Part shown: positions 1-9,278 of the stretch, one piece after another
Position numbering within the stretch: position 1 is the first letter of the stretch
How the letters are laid out: every line of letters starts with the position of its first letter
From: Silvanigrellaceae bacterium
GTDB taxonomy: Bacteria; Bdellovibrionota_B; Oligoflexia; Silvanigrellales; Silvanigrellaceae
NCBI GenBank assembly: GCA_044376655.1
Contig: JBILKQ010000001.1
Span: 1 to 59,341 of the forward strand
Reading direction: 5' to 3'
DNA: 59,341 nt
Notes under the pieces: generated by a model
Databases searched by the model: none
Told to the model about the DNA's origin: nothing
Seen by the model: only the letters and a program-made list of their open reading frames with translations
Made by a program: the position numbers and the translations under genes

Positions 1-52
1 GTTTCTTGCTCGGTTGAACGCACTCGTCGGCACCACGGGTCAGGAGGCTTAA

Positions 53-544
53 ATGGAAAAGCTCGTTTACAGGAGCTCGAATCAGGTTAAAAGCGTTTGG
101 GACGAGACCGAGACGCAAAAAATTTCTGCGCTTATGAACCTCAAGTACAAAACCTTGCTCGAAGACGAGAAATTTCGGGTGGAATCAGGATTCAACGAGC
201 TGCAGGTGCAAATCAAGGTCACCCTTGAGCGCAACGACAAAAGTGTTTTTTATCCCATCGAGCTCATCTACGTTATTGAAAATCAGGATGAGCAGGGTGC
301 GCCGGGTGCTGAGGAAATTGCCTCGTTGATGCTCGATTATATCGACGTATACTGGCAGGAATACCTTCACGACGGACGCGACGTCTTTGTTCCGCTGGCC
401 TGGAGCAAACACGTCTGCGAGGGCGTCGAGTTTTTTGTCCGCGGCTTTGTGCGCAACCGTACTCTTGAAGAACAGGCAGATGAACTGTTTCGCAAGCATG
501 GGCACGGCGACCACGAAATTGAGCCCATCTCAGAAGACCTTTAA
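53..544 (+). CDS. hypothetical protein (163 aa), no recognisable family
   Basis: Intact ORF. AGGAGG SD at 42-47 sits 5 nt before ATG 53. Another + strand frame closes with TAA at 50-52, so the window begins inside an upstream CDS. No motif I can name. Confidence 0.6.
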   Translation: MEKLVYRSSNQVKSVWDETETQKISALMNLKYKTLLEDEKFRVESGFNELQVQIKVTLERNDKSVFYPIELIYVIENQDEQGAPGAEEIASLMLDYIDVYWQEYLHDGRDVFVPLAWSKHVCEGVEFFVRGFVRNRTLEEQADELFRKHGHGDHEIEPISEDL

Positions 545-564
545 AATCCGAAGTGGATCGAACG

Positions 565-1671
565 ATGAACCGTCGCAAAAGAATCCTTGTTGCCATGTCC
601 GGGGGGGTCGACAGCAGTGTCGCTGCTGCTCTGTTGCAGGAGCAGGGCCATGACGTCATCGGCGTTACCATGCAGCTTTGGGATTATTCTAAGAATGAGA
701 CCAGCTGCGATCCTAACGCCAAATTCGACACCTGCTGCAGCCATGATGATGTTGCTGACGCGCGCGCTGTGGCCGAAAAACTGGGCATACCTTTTTATGT
801 GCTCGACTATCAGGATGACTTTCAGGAAAATGTTGTCGACTATTTCACATCCGAATACCTACGCGGACGTACCCCAAACCCCTGTGTCGCCTGCAATACT
901 TTTTTGAAATTTGACCACCTTCTTGAGCGTGCCGTGCGCTTGGGGTGCGATGCTGTGGCGACAGGACACTATGCGCGCATCAGTCACGATGCATCAACCG
1001 GACAATACCGGCTGTTGAAGGGTGTCGACGCTCAAAAGGATCAGAGCTATTTCCTGTATTCGATGACACAAGAGAGACTCTCGAAAATAGTGTTCCCGCT
1101 AGGTGCAATGACAAAGTCAGAGGTCCGAGCGCATGCGGAACGCTTTGGACTCATTAATGCTCGTAAGAAAGAGAGCATGGAAATCTGCTTTATTCCAAAT
1201 AATGACTACGCAAAATTTATCGAAAAGCATGCTGACATCTCTAGGATCATTCGGGGCGAAATCCGTCACGAAAATGGTGAACTGCTTGGTCAGCACGATG
1301 GAATTCATAAATTCACAGTGGGCCAAAGACGCGGGATTGGTATCGCACTTGAGAAGCCCGTCTATGTGACGCGGATTGTTCCTGAAACGGGAACAGTTTA
1401 TGTGGGCGATGAATCGCATCTTAAACGCTCGAGTTTTGTGTTTGAAAAGTTTCACCTTGTGCGTGAGACCGATCTGGATGCAGATTTTGAAGTGAAGATT
1501 CGCTACCGCTCTCCACCTGCACCTGGAAAGTTGGTTGACTTTGAAAACTCTGAGCCCGCCGTAGTTTTTGCTGAGCCACAACGCTCAATCACGCCCGGTC
1601 AGATTGCGGTGCTGTACCGCGGTGATGAGGTCTTGGGTGGTGGATTTATTGAGCGGATTGCCTGTCCATGA
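565..1671 (+). CDS. mnmA: tRNA 2-thiouridine(34) synthase MnmA
   Basis: PP-loop ILVAMSGGVDSSVAA plus NPCVACN and DQSYFLY blocks typical of MnmA/TrmU. The ORF opens at GTG 553, but ATG 565 gives the canonical N-terminus MNRRKRILVAMSGG. Confidence 0.9.
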   Translation: MNRRKRILVAMSGGVDSSVAAALLQEQGHDVIGVTMQLWDYSKNETSCDPNAKFDTCCSHDDVADARAVAEKLGIPFYVLDYQDDFQENVVDYFTSEYLRGRTPNPCVACNTFLKFDHLLERAVRLGCDAVATGHYARISHDASTGQYRLLKGVDAQKDQSYFLYSMTQERLSKIVFPLGAMTKSEVRAHAERFGLINARKKESMEICFIPNNDYAKFIEKHADISRIIRGEIRHENGELLGQHDGIHKFTVGQRRGIGIALEKPVYVTRIVPETGTVYVGDESHLKRSSFVFEKFHLVRETDLDADFEVKIRYRSPPAPGKLVDFENSEPAVVFAEPQRSITPGQIAVLYRGDEVLGGGFIERIACP

Positions 1672-2522
1672 GCTTTTTTCATTCGGCAAAGGCTATACAA
1701 GAGTGGTCAGCGCGGCTCGACGAAAAGCGACTTCGAAAATATTTTCCAGATTTGGACTCCCGCATCGATGAGCTGGCAAAGCTACAGAATCATTCCTACG
1801 GCAACAAAAACATCGCTGCTGTAGCGCTCGTTCACCGCAGTGCTCTGGTTTACTGGCCCCAGGATAAATCCCAAATTTTCAGCAACGAGCGGCTTGAGTT
1901 CTTGGGCGACTCCTATCTGAATTTCTTCGTGGGTTGTCGGGCCATGTCGGAGTTTCCGGAGATGTCCGAAGGCCATCTTTCTAAACTGCGCGCTGCACTT
2001 GTGGGTACCGAAAATCTCGCAGAGAAATCGAGAAAATTAAATCTCCAGAATTTGTTGATGTTCGGTCGCGGCGAGATTGCTAAAGGTGGTTTTCGTGACG
2101 ATAAGAGGCAAAATATTTTGGCTGATGCCTTTGAAGCCATCACTGCATCACTTTTGATCGACGCGGGGGAGCAGAAGGCTTGGGATTGGCTCGAATCGAT
2201 GTTTGCCGTCGATCTGCTGACAGCCCAGCAGACCCTGACAGAATTCGACGTTAAAACACGTTTTCAGCAGTGGACGCAGTCCATCTGTGGCAAGGCCCCG
2301 GTTTACAAGCTGGTGAAGACCATTTCGACGCCGCAAGACACTCAGTTTGTGGTGGCTGGTTATCTCGGCCAGACAGAAATTGCGCGTGCAAGTGCCGCCA
2401 ACAAGAGAGATGCAAGCAAGGCCGTCGCTGCTCGCATGCAAAAGCTCGCAGACAGCGGTCAGCTCACAGAAGAACAGGTGCGTCTCTATTTCTCCGCGGC
2501 GCCGGAAAACTCAGAAGGTTAG
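1668..2522 (+). CDS. rnc: ribonuclease III (with ~45-aa N-terminal extension)
   Basis: RNase III signature ERLEFLGDSYL and a C-terminal dsRNA-binding region. ATG 1668 overlaps the mnmA stop (ATGA). Classic rnc-era gene order. Confidence 0.9.
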   Translation: MSFFHSAKAIQEWSARLDEKRLRKYFPDLDSRIDELAKLQNHSYGNKNIAAVALVHRSALVYWPQDKSQIFSNERLEFLGDSYLNFFVGCRAMSEFPEMSEGHLSKLRAALVGTENLAEKSRKLNLQNLLMFGRGEIAKGGFRDDKRQNILADAFEAITASLLIDAGEQKAWDWLESMFAVDLLTAQQTLTEFDVKTRFQQWTQSICGKAPVYKLVKTISTPQDTQFVVAGYLGQTEIARASAANKRDASKAVAARMQKLADSGQLTEEQVRLYFSAAPENSEG

Positions 2523-2526
2523 ATTC

Positions 2527-3513
2527 ATGCAAGAAAAGAAATGTGGATACGTAGCATTGTTGGGACGTCCAAATGCAGGAAAGAGCACTCTCATGAACGC
2601 CTGCCTTGGAACCAAGCTGGCCGTTGTGAGCGCAAAGCCCCAGACAACCCGCAATCGTATTCTTGGGATTTGTCCTGTAGATGATGCGCAGATTTTGTTT
2701 CTGGATACGCCTGGAATCCACAAAACAAACGGCATGCCAAAGCTCAACGTGAAGATGACCTCCACGGCCTGGTCGGTTGTCGCCGACGCCAACCTCGTTT
2801 GTTACCTGGTTGATGCGGTTGAAGGCTGGACCGAAGAAGACTCTGTTTTTTTCAGGAAATTGCTTGCTCTCGCCGTTTCGCCCGTGGTCGTTATTGCGAC
2901 GAAGGTAGACAAGACTAAAGCAGAATTGGTTGAGGTCAGTGTGAATGCTATGGCGGAGCAGGTTGCTCTTTGCCGCGATGAGGTCAGCAAGCAGCTTGCT
3001 TCTGAGTCGGAGGTTAGTTCTCAGGTGCGTGCACCGAGTCTAATGTCTGCCGTTCCACTTCTGATTTCTGCAAAGCGTCCTCAAGAGGTTCAGAATTTCA
3101 GACAATTTCTTGCGTCGCATATGCCTGTTGGACCCTGGCTTTTTGATGCCGACGACATTACCGATCGTCCACAGCAGTTTGTCTGTGGTGAGCTCATCCG
3201 CGAACAGCTCTTCAGGCAGTTGGGTCAGGAGCTCCCTTACTCGGCAGCTGTTAAAGTTGAACGCTTCGAGAATCGGGGCCGATTGGCAGTGATCCAGGCC
3301 AGCGTGATCGTGCACAAAGACAGCCATAAGGCAATGGTGATCGGTGCGCGTGGAGCGCGGATTAAGGCCATTGGCCAGGCTGCGCGCATGTCACTCGAGA
3401 AGCATCTGGAACGACAGGTTCATCTTGAATTATTTGTCAAGGTTCAAGCGAATTGGATAGATTCTGACAGTCTTCTGGCGGAATACGCTGGACTTGATAA
3501 AATGGAAGAATGA
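2527..3513 (+). CDS. era: GTPase Era
   Basis: G1 LLGRPNAGKSTL, G3 DTPG, G4-like TKVD and a C-terminal KH region (VIVHKDSHKAMVIGARGARIK). The ORF-track start 2347 lies inside rnc; ATG 2527 is 4 nt after the rnc stop. Confidence 0.9.
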   Translation: MQEKKCGYVALLGRPNAGKSTLMNACLGTKLAVVSAKPQTTRNRILGICPVDDAQILFLDTPGIHKTNGMPKLNVKMTSTAWSVVADANLVCYLVDAVEGWTEEDSVFFRKLLALAVSPVVVIATKVDKTKAELVEVSVNAMAEQVALCRDEVSKQLASESEVSSQVRAPSLMSAVPLLISAKRPQEVQNFRQFLASHMPVGPWLFDADDITDRPQQFVCGELIREQLFRQLGQELPYSAAVKVERFENRGRLAVIQASVIVHKDSHKAMVIGARGARIKAIGQAARMSLEKHLERQVHLELFVKVQANWIDSDSLLAEYAGLDKMEE

Positions 3514-3770
3514 TACGGCTTGAGTTTGCCTGCGCTCTGTGTCAGTCTCACGGGCAGAGAAAGAGTCCCTGGGGCCTAGTTTCCCCGTTCTCCCGTTCTC
3601 AGTTTGGTTACTGATTTGCGCTTTCAAGCCGCTCTCAGTTGAATTTCGCGATTCGTTTTATTTTTTCTAATGCCCCACTGATTTTTACCCAGCGTGCGTG
3701 CTGGAGTTGTGGCAAGCATCCTTGTATCTCTCGGAGTTTTTCATCAGTGATATTTCAACCGATCGTTTTT

Positions 3771-4532
3771 ATGGAAGACAGCCCGTCGTCGGGTTCGGTG
3801 TCCCGTGGAAGAAAAGCGTCCACCCGCAAGACTTCGAGCGACGAGGCCGCAGCGAAGCCAACTTCAAAACGACGTACTCGTCAGGAGACTGCGGAAGAAG
3901 CTATTTCTGCGCATCCCGAAATAGCCGCACCTGTTGAGTCTCAGCCGCGTGCTCAATCCAACTCCGAAACAACTCTCACACAACTGGAGTCTCAAGCTAT
4001 GAATCAGACCCATGATGAATCGCAGTGGCAGCCACAGATGCATCAGGACTTTCAGGGGAATGAAGGCAACTATTCTCCCGATGGTTTCGTGCAGGATGGC
4101 GAAGGCTACTACGAAGAAGACGGGTATGCGGGACAAGAGGCTGCGGGCCAGTTCGGACACAACCAAATCGTTTTGACTTTGAGTTATTCGCTCATGAACC
4201 AGGTGCGTCAAACCGCACGCATGGAAGGTGTGCTACCTGAAGACATCTTGATTGAGCTTATTGCTGAAGGTGTCGCACGTCGCGTTTTTGAAGACGCACA
4301 GAGGCCCGCTCCCAGCCATCTCATGACCCGCACCGGGTACGTTGCACCGGATGCCAATGGTAATGTGCACCAGCCACAATTGAGCCACCACGGGATGCAG
4401 GGCAACAACCGTGGCAATCATAATGGCCACAACAACCGGCGCTTTAATCAAAACAACCGGGGCGGCAATCACTTTCAAGGTCGCAATCGCCAGAACAACC
4501 ACTTCAAGAACAAGCAACGCAACGGCAAATGA
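3771..4532 (+). CDS. hypothetical, largely disordered protein with a central ribbon-helix-helix-like segment and an Asn/Arg/Gly/His-rich tail
   Basis: Long ORF whose stop overlaps the coaE start (ATGA). The core QIVLTLSYSLMNQVRQTARMEGVLPEDILIELIAEGVARR has a beta-alpha-alpha (CopG/Arc-like) pattern. The tail is NNRGNHNGHNNRRFNQNNRGGNHFQGRNRQNNHFKNKQRNGK. The start is uncertain (ATG 3771 has no SD; GTG 3750 is possible). Confidence 0.55.
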   Translation: MEDSPSSGSVSRGRKASTRKTSSDEAAAKPTSKRRTRQETAEEAISAHPEIAAPVESQPRAQSNSETTLTQLESQAMNQTHDESQWQPQMHQDFQGNEGNYSPDGFVQDGEGYYEEDGYAGQEAAGQFGHNQIVLTLSYSLMNQVRQTARMEGVLPEDILIELIAEGVARRVFEDAQRPAPSHLMTRTGYVAPDANGNVHQPQLSHHGMQGNNRGNHNGHNNRRFNQNNRGGNHFQGRNRQNNHFKNKQRNGK

Positions 4533-5176
4533 GTCGTCACAGGCACCCATTAAAGCGCATTGCGGTGACCGGCGGCATTGGGTCGGGAAAATCGACCCTC
4601 GTGCGTGCGTTATCCCAGCTTGGATATGCAGTCTTTGATGCTGATAGGCTTGCCGGTGAGGTTGTTTTGCAGCCTGCCATCAAGCAAAAAATCGAGACTG
4701 TGCTGGGTGCCGAAGCCTACACTGTGGGTGACAAAGGCGAAGTGGTCTACCAGCGCTCTTGGGTACGCGACCAAGTTTTTTCTGACGAGCAAAAACGAAA
4801 AAGCCTTGAAGCGATCATACATCCTGCCCTGTTCGCAAACTTTGATGAGACGTGCGGAAGACTCGAGCTGCTCGCGGGCGGTGTTTGGGTTTTTTATGAG
4901 GCTGCTCTCATTTTCGAGGCCGCGCGTGAATCCCACTTCGATGCTGTTGTCTCTGTCTTGACTCCCGAGCACGAGCGGCGCATGCGCCTCAAAGCTTCCC
5001 GGGGACTCTCCGATGAGGTGATATCGGCAATCTTTGCCGCTCAAGTGAGCGATCATGTACGCCGGTCCCGCTCGCATTTCGTCTTTGAAAATATCGGTTC
5101 AGAATCGGAAGTTCCCAGTCGTGCACTGGAGTTGCTCGAAGACCTGAGGCAGTTTTTTCATCCGAAAAGTCATTGA
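4529..5176 (+). CDS. coaE: dephospho-CoA kinase
   Basis: N-terminal P-loop IAVTGGIGSGKST, ~200-aa size and family-typical layout. Confidence 0.85.
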   Translation: MSRHRHPLKRIAVTGGIGSGKSTLVRALSQLGYAVFDADRLAGEVVLQPAIKQKIETVLGAEAYTVGDKGEVVYQRSWVRDQVFSDEQKRKSLEAIIHPALFANFDETCGRLELLAGGVWVFYEAALIFEAARESHFDAVVSVLTPEHERRMRLKASRGLSDEVISAIFAAQVSDHVRRSRSHFVFENIGSESEVPSRALELLEDLRQFFHPKSH

Positions 5177-5240
5177 CATAGTTACACGGCCCCATTGGCG
5201 TTAACCTGTATACAGCTTCATTGCCGGTTGGGGTGCATGG

Positions 5241-6335
5241 ATGTTTCAGGTTTCGTGTGCGGCGTGTAATGCGTCATTTGAATACAATATCGACGACTAC
5301 ATTCATCTCTGTCCTTACTGTTCCACAGGATTTATTCTTGATCTTGAGGAAGGTGCAAAGGACATCATCGGTGATCATTTCATCGTACCCAACAGGCTAG
5401 ATCGTGAGCAGGTTGAGGGGATTTTTCAAGAATGGATCACGCAACGCTACCATCGCCCAGAGCGTGTCAAGAGCGAATTTAAAATCCTCGGCTCGTACGG
5501 TATCAGTTTGCCTTTTTGGGTTATTTCCGTTGAGGCGCATACCTTTTGGAGCGGTCATAGCCAAAAGGCCAACCAGTACAGCGGTCAGTCAGCTGAATAC
5601 GGCTCCAAGTTTTTAAAGGAAGATGGCCGCTTCAGCCGCAGATATCGTTGGTCTATTCTCGCACGCCGTTCGCCCAAGGAGCATTGGGGACTCGAGCGAC
5701 TTCACACGCCGAAAGAATCAGTCATGGTCGACTGGGATGGTTTCCCGCTCGACGAAACTTTGGGTGTGGTGAAAGGCGGAAATGCCGGAACGGCCTATGA
5801 CGCACGCCAGAATTTTAAATTCGATCATGCAAACGGTCTGACCATCGCAGGTGTTCAGGTCAAAGAAAGCTCGGCCATTGCACGCGCGAAGGATCAAATC
5901 CAGGAATATCATCGGCGCATTGCAAAAACCAAGGTGGGCACGCTGTACGAGCATCGCACCGAAATTGAAATCGTCGGAATTCATCTCGTGCATCTGCCCT
6001 TCTGGGTTGTGCGCTATTCATTCGCACCCAGAAGTCCATTTCGTTTCATGACAACAGCGCGTGAGCGTAGGCTTTTGATACAAGGCCATACCCTTGCCGT
6101 TCTTGATGCAGAGTTGCCGCTTTCAAATACGGACAAGGTGATGACGAATCTCGTGGTCTGTGGCTCTCTTGCGGTTGTTAGTCTGGCTCTCTCACTCTTC
6201 CTCCATCCGCTTTTCTTTTTGATGGTCATAGCCTTTTCGGCAGTCTGTATTCTTTCGGCTTGGAAGATCTTCTCGAAAGAAAAACCTGACTCTGACATTG
6301 GCCGCGGTGCTGAACTTCAGGAACCAGCCCTCTAG
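5241..6335 (+). CDS. hypothetical membrane protein with an N-terminal CxxC-N16-CxxC zinc ribbon
   Basis: CAACNASFEYNIDDYIHLCPYCSTGF at the N-terminus. Two internally similar modules end in SLPFWVISV and HLPFWVVRY. Two C-terminal hydrophobic helices (LVVCGSLAVVSLALSLFL, LFFLMVIAFSAVCILSAW). Confidence 0.6.
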   Translation: MFQVSCAACNASFEYNIDDYIHLCPYCSTGFILDLEEGAKDIIGDHFIVPNRLDREQVEGIFQEWITQRYHRPERVKSEFKILGSYGISLPFWVISVEAHTFWSGHSQKANQYSGQSAEYGSKFLKEDGRFSRRYRWSILARRSPKEHWGLERLHTPKESVMVDWDGFPLDETLGVVKGGNAGTAYDARQNFKFDHANGLTIAGVQVKESSAIARAKDQIQEYHRRIAKTKVGTLYEHRTEIEIVGIHLVHLPFWVVRYSFAPRSPFRFMTTARERRLLIQGHTLAVLDAELPLSNTDKVMTNLVVCGSLAVVSLALSLFLHPLFFLMVIAFSAVCILSAWKIFSKEKPDSDIGRGAELQEPAL

Positions 6336-6342
6336 GAGCCAC

Positions 6343-7428
6343 ATGAAGATTCTTTATGAACTCAGGGCCGTGCGTTCATTTTTTCCCGCGCTGTGTGCAC
6401 TGGGAGTGCTGAGCGTTGGTCTTTCCTGTGGAAAATCCTCAGACGAAGGCTCTCAAGCCTCTGCGACACCCACGCCCATACCTACGGTCACAGAGCAGCC
6501 AGAGTCGGCTCCGGTTGCATTTTGGTTGACCCGTGACGCCGGTGCTGGTCCGATTGCTGTGCGCTTCGATTCTGCAGGTCGACAGAGTTTGCAGATTGAC
6601 CTGGTGAATTCAGGCGTAGATTACGGACCGATCACTGCTTTGCATTTTCTCGATGCTGCAACACTTCTTTACTTCGTAAATGGGGGTTCCGGAAAAGAGA
6701 TGCTCGGAACCATCGATATCAAAACAGGGATCGTGAAAAATAGAGCATGGGGCTCTGAGAGCAGTATTCGAGACAAATTTAAAGATAAATCTGTGGGCAC
6801 TCTGTTGAGTGGCTTCCAGAGTGGTGTGTTACATGCCCAGATTCAGACCGGGATTAGGACTATTCGCTACAATCAGGAAGGTGGTTTGAGCGCACAGGAT
6901 TATACTCTCCCTGATGGTTGTCTCACCGGTTCGCTCAGTGGCATTTTTCTTGTTCAGGGCGGCGGAAAAAATCGGATCATTGCCTTGACGTTCGGTACTC
7001 AGGCGCAGTTGCTGGCGATTATGGAAGAGGGTGGCACAAAAACATGTACGCCATTCGATTACGGCAGTGGTGAGACCACAGCCGACCATAAACCTGTGAA
7101 TCTTGTGCAAATGCCTGATGGCAAAGTTTATGTTCTCTACCAGCACAATGTCGCCGACGAGAGCAAGCGTTCACCCAAGATCGTCAGGTATGATTTCGAC
7201 GGCTCCAAGCTGAGCAATCCAAAAACAATCTTTTCGAGCAAGGATGTACTCAGTGCGACACCTTTGGGAATGATTGCACGTACCAACAAAAAATTGCTTG
7301 TTGCGAATCCTTTGGAAAATTCACTGCTCGAGATAGCCATCAAAGGCGATTCGGGATCTCAGACTGACTTCTACCAAAAGACCTCATACGCAAATGGACT
7401 GACTGCATTGGTTGCTGAACCACCCTGA
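6343..7428 (+). CDS. hypothetical secreted protein or lipoprotein (possibly beta-propeller-like)
   Basis: ATG 6343 gives a signal peptide MKILYELRAVRSFFPALCALGVLSVGLSCGKSS with a lipobox-like LSC. The beta-rich body has repeats such as DGKVYVLYQHN. The ORF-track start 6298 overlaps the previous gene. Confidence 0.6.
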   Translation: MKILYELRAVRSFFPALCALGVLSVGLSCGKSSDEGSQASATPTPIPTVTEQPESAPVAFWLTRDAGAGPIAVRFDSAGRQSLQIDLVNSGVDYGPITALHFLDAATLLYFVNGGSGKEMLGTIDIKTGIVKNRAWGSESSIRDKFKDKSVGTLLSGFQSGVLHAQIQTGIRTIRYNQEGGLSAQDYTLPDGCLTGSLSGIFLVQGGGKNRIIALTFGTQAQLLAIMEEGGTKTCTPFDYGSGETTADHKPVNLVQMPDGKVYVLYQHNVADESKRSPKIVRYDFDGSKLSNPKTIFSSKDVLSATPLGMIARTNKKLLVANPLENSLLEIAIKGDSGSQTDFYQKTSYANGLTALVAEPP

Positions 7429-7430
7429 AC

Positions 7431-8267
7431 TCAGGGCTGGTTCTCTGCTCCTGTTGTGAGTACGCCAAGGCAGTTGGCCACACGCCGTTCCATTGGTTCA
7501 TTGAGGGGGCGGCCGTTGATGCGTCGGCCGTTCAGAATCATTCCAGAACTTCCTCCGCCATCGAGGTTAAGAGCCCACTCAGCTCCGAGGCGTTTGAAGA
7601 CGCGCGTGGTGTCCGACAACGTGAGCCCTGTAAGCGAACCCTGACGCCCTTCGACCATCACCCACCACATTGTTTTTCTGTCGGCACTTAAGCCAACCGC
7701 TGTGCGCGGATGCGGGACTTTACAAAAGTCACCGCATGATGTGTCGTAGGCTGAAGTCCACTCGAAATTTTGGTCGAGAAGAATCTGCCATCCGCCCACC
7801 ACTGTGTTCCAGTCTGCGCGCCAAGGTGTCACTTTGTTATAGTCTTCAATGATGCACTCGTTTTTGTCGGTGCAGGCGAGAAATGACCATTCTTTCGTGT
7901 CCACCGATTTCGGCCACGCCTCTCCGAGGCCTGCTGCAAGGCCAATGGGCTGAAGCATTCCGTCGAAGAAGTCGCCATTGATTGCTGCAACTGCGCCGGT
8001 CTTTTTGCTGAACTCAGATGGCGTCAAACCCTTTTCGCTTGATGTTGAGCCACGAAGTTTGACACTTGGGTGAGTCAGGTCGATTTTAAGAACATGGACG
8101 CGTTTGTTACTGAAGGTGTTGTCGAGCGAATAAGTGAGACCTTCGCTTCCATCCAGTCCAGGTCCGGGATAGGTGGCTGAGTTCCAGCTTGCGCAAGCGA
8201 TGGATGAGGGCATTGCGACGACTAGTATCCAGAAGAGGGCGCGTGCGTTCATCTTGCTTATCAGCAT
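7431..8267 (-). CDS. phosphodiester glycosidase family protein (DUF2233-like), secreted
   Basis: AAINGDFF and LNLDGGGSS blocks are characteristic of the family. Signal peptide MLISKMNARALFWILVVAMPSSIACA. GGAG SD 8 nt upstream of ATG 8267. Confidence 0.7.
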   Translation of the reverse strand: MLISKMNARALFWILVVAMPSSIACASWNSATYPGPGLDGSEGLTYSLDNTFSNKRVHVLKIDLTHPSVKLRGSTSSEKGLTPSEFSKKTGAVAAINGDFFDGMLQPIGLAAGLGEAWPKSVDTKEWSFLACTDKNECIIEDYNKVTPWRADWNTVVGGWQILLDQNFEWTSAYDTSCGDFCKVPHPRTAVGLSADRKTMWWVMVEGRQGSLTGLTLSDTTRVFKRLGAEWALNLDGGGSSGMILNGRRINGRPLNEPMERRVANCLGVLTTGAENQP

Positions 8268-8300
8268 AGGCGTACTCCACAGACAAAAGGTGACTTTGAC

Positions 8301-9278
8301 ATGGTTGCGCAAATTAAAGCACAGGTGCCCAGCTCCCTCAACGGAGTCCGATTTGACGTGGCAGCGTCCGCTCTTTTTGACGGCTTATCGAGAAAGAAAA
8401 TAAAATCTGTTATCGACCGAGGTGGTGCTTACCTGAATAAACGTCGCGTTAGTCTGGCGAAAAAGGAAGTCCGTGCAGGCGATATCATCGAGCTTTTCTG
8501 GGACGAATCTCGCTCTTTGTCCGAGCGCTCGGTCAAGAAAATTCCTATCCAGATTATCGCCAATCAGGAAGACTTTGTCGTTATCAATAAGCCGGCTGGT
8601 ATTCCCTCGCAGGCGACTCTGACCACCAGTGACGAAACAGTGCTCCATGCATTGAAGGTTCAATATGCAGAACTGTTCGCTGAGTTCGAGCTGCTGCTCG
8701 TGCATCGACTCGACAAAGACACTTCCGGGGTAATGCTGATCGCAAAGTCCAAGACGGCTCAGCAGCGGCTCGAGAAACTCTTTCTCGAAAGGAAAATGAA
8801 AAAAGTTTACCAGGCGCTGTGTTTCGGTATTCCAAAATCGAAGCAAGGTGTGCTTGACTGGCCCATTCGCAAAGATCCTTCACGCCCGAATACCTATTTT
8901 GCTGTTGTAGGTGGCACAGCTCGGAGTCCCCGCAGTAGCCAGGATGCGAAGAGCGCCCGAACCCTTTTTCAGGTTCTGAAAACATTTCCCAAGAGCCGTG
9001 CCAGTTTCGTTGAATGTTATCCGGAGACCGGGCGCACACATCAAATCCGTGTACATTTGCAGGCTTTAGGTGTGCCCCTTCTCGGCGACAAAACATATGC
9101 CACAAATGTTATAGGCCACCCCCTTGCGCAGGCCGCCACGCGCCATATGCTGCATGCCGTCAGTTTGTCGTGGACTGAAAAGGACGGACAGACGTTTGTT
9201 TTCGAGGCGCCATTCCCGGAAGATTTTGGCGCATGTTTACATCTTCTCGAACAAGAAGGGGCAACTCATGACCTATAA
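8301..9278 (+). CDS. RluA-family 23S rRNA pseudouridine synthase (RluD/RluC type, with S4 domain)
   Basis: N-terminal S4-like segment ([21 protein letters not shown]). Catalytic motif [17 protein letters not shown], plus GRTHQIRVH. Confidence 0.85.
   Translation: MVAQIKAQVPSSLNGVRFDVAASALFDGLSRKKIKSVIDRGGAYLNKRRVSLAKKEVRAGDIIELFWDESRSLSERSVKKIPIQIIANQEDFVVINKPAGIPSQATLTTSDETVLHALKVQYAELFAEFELLLVHRLDKDTSGVMLIAKSKTAQQRLEKLFLERKMKKVYQALCFGIPKSKQGVLDWPIRKDPSRPNTYFAVVGGTARSPRSSQDAKSARTLFQVLKTFPKSRASFVECYPETGRTHQIRVHLQALGVPLLGDKTYATNVIGHPLAQAATRHMLHAVSLSWTEKDGQTFVFEAPFPEDFGACLHLLEQEGATHDL

Noticed and set aside
2347-2526. N-terminal extensions in the ORF track. Affected genes: era 2347, icd 9124, lipoprotein 6298, crotonase 33498, grpE 47886, guaA 57520, guaB 59073, ahcY 55829, bactofilin 35800, glycosidase 8312 and ppa 41017.
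   Set aside because: The extensions overlap the preceding gene or have non-protein-like composition. Internal starts with good SD spacing reproduce the family-typical N-termini.
3710-3726. Sigma-54-like string TGGCAAGCATCCTTGTA upstream of the 3771 gene.
   Set aside because: With GG fixed, the position 10 nt downstream reads TG rather than GC, and shifting by one gives TTGT. It fails the strict -24/-12 spacing and identity rule.
7423-7436. Palindrome CCCTGA-AC-TCAGGG containing the stop codons of two convergent genes, considered as a shared terminator.
   Set aside because: A 6-bp stem with a 2-nt loop and no T tract cannot form a stable hairpin. Probably a coincidence of two TGA stops placed back to back.
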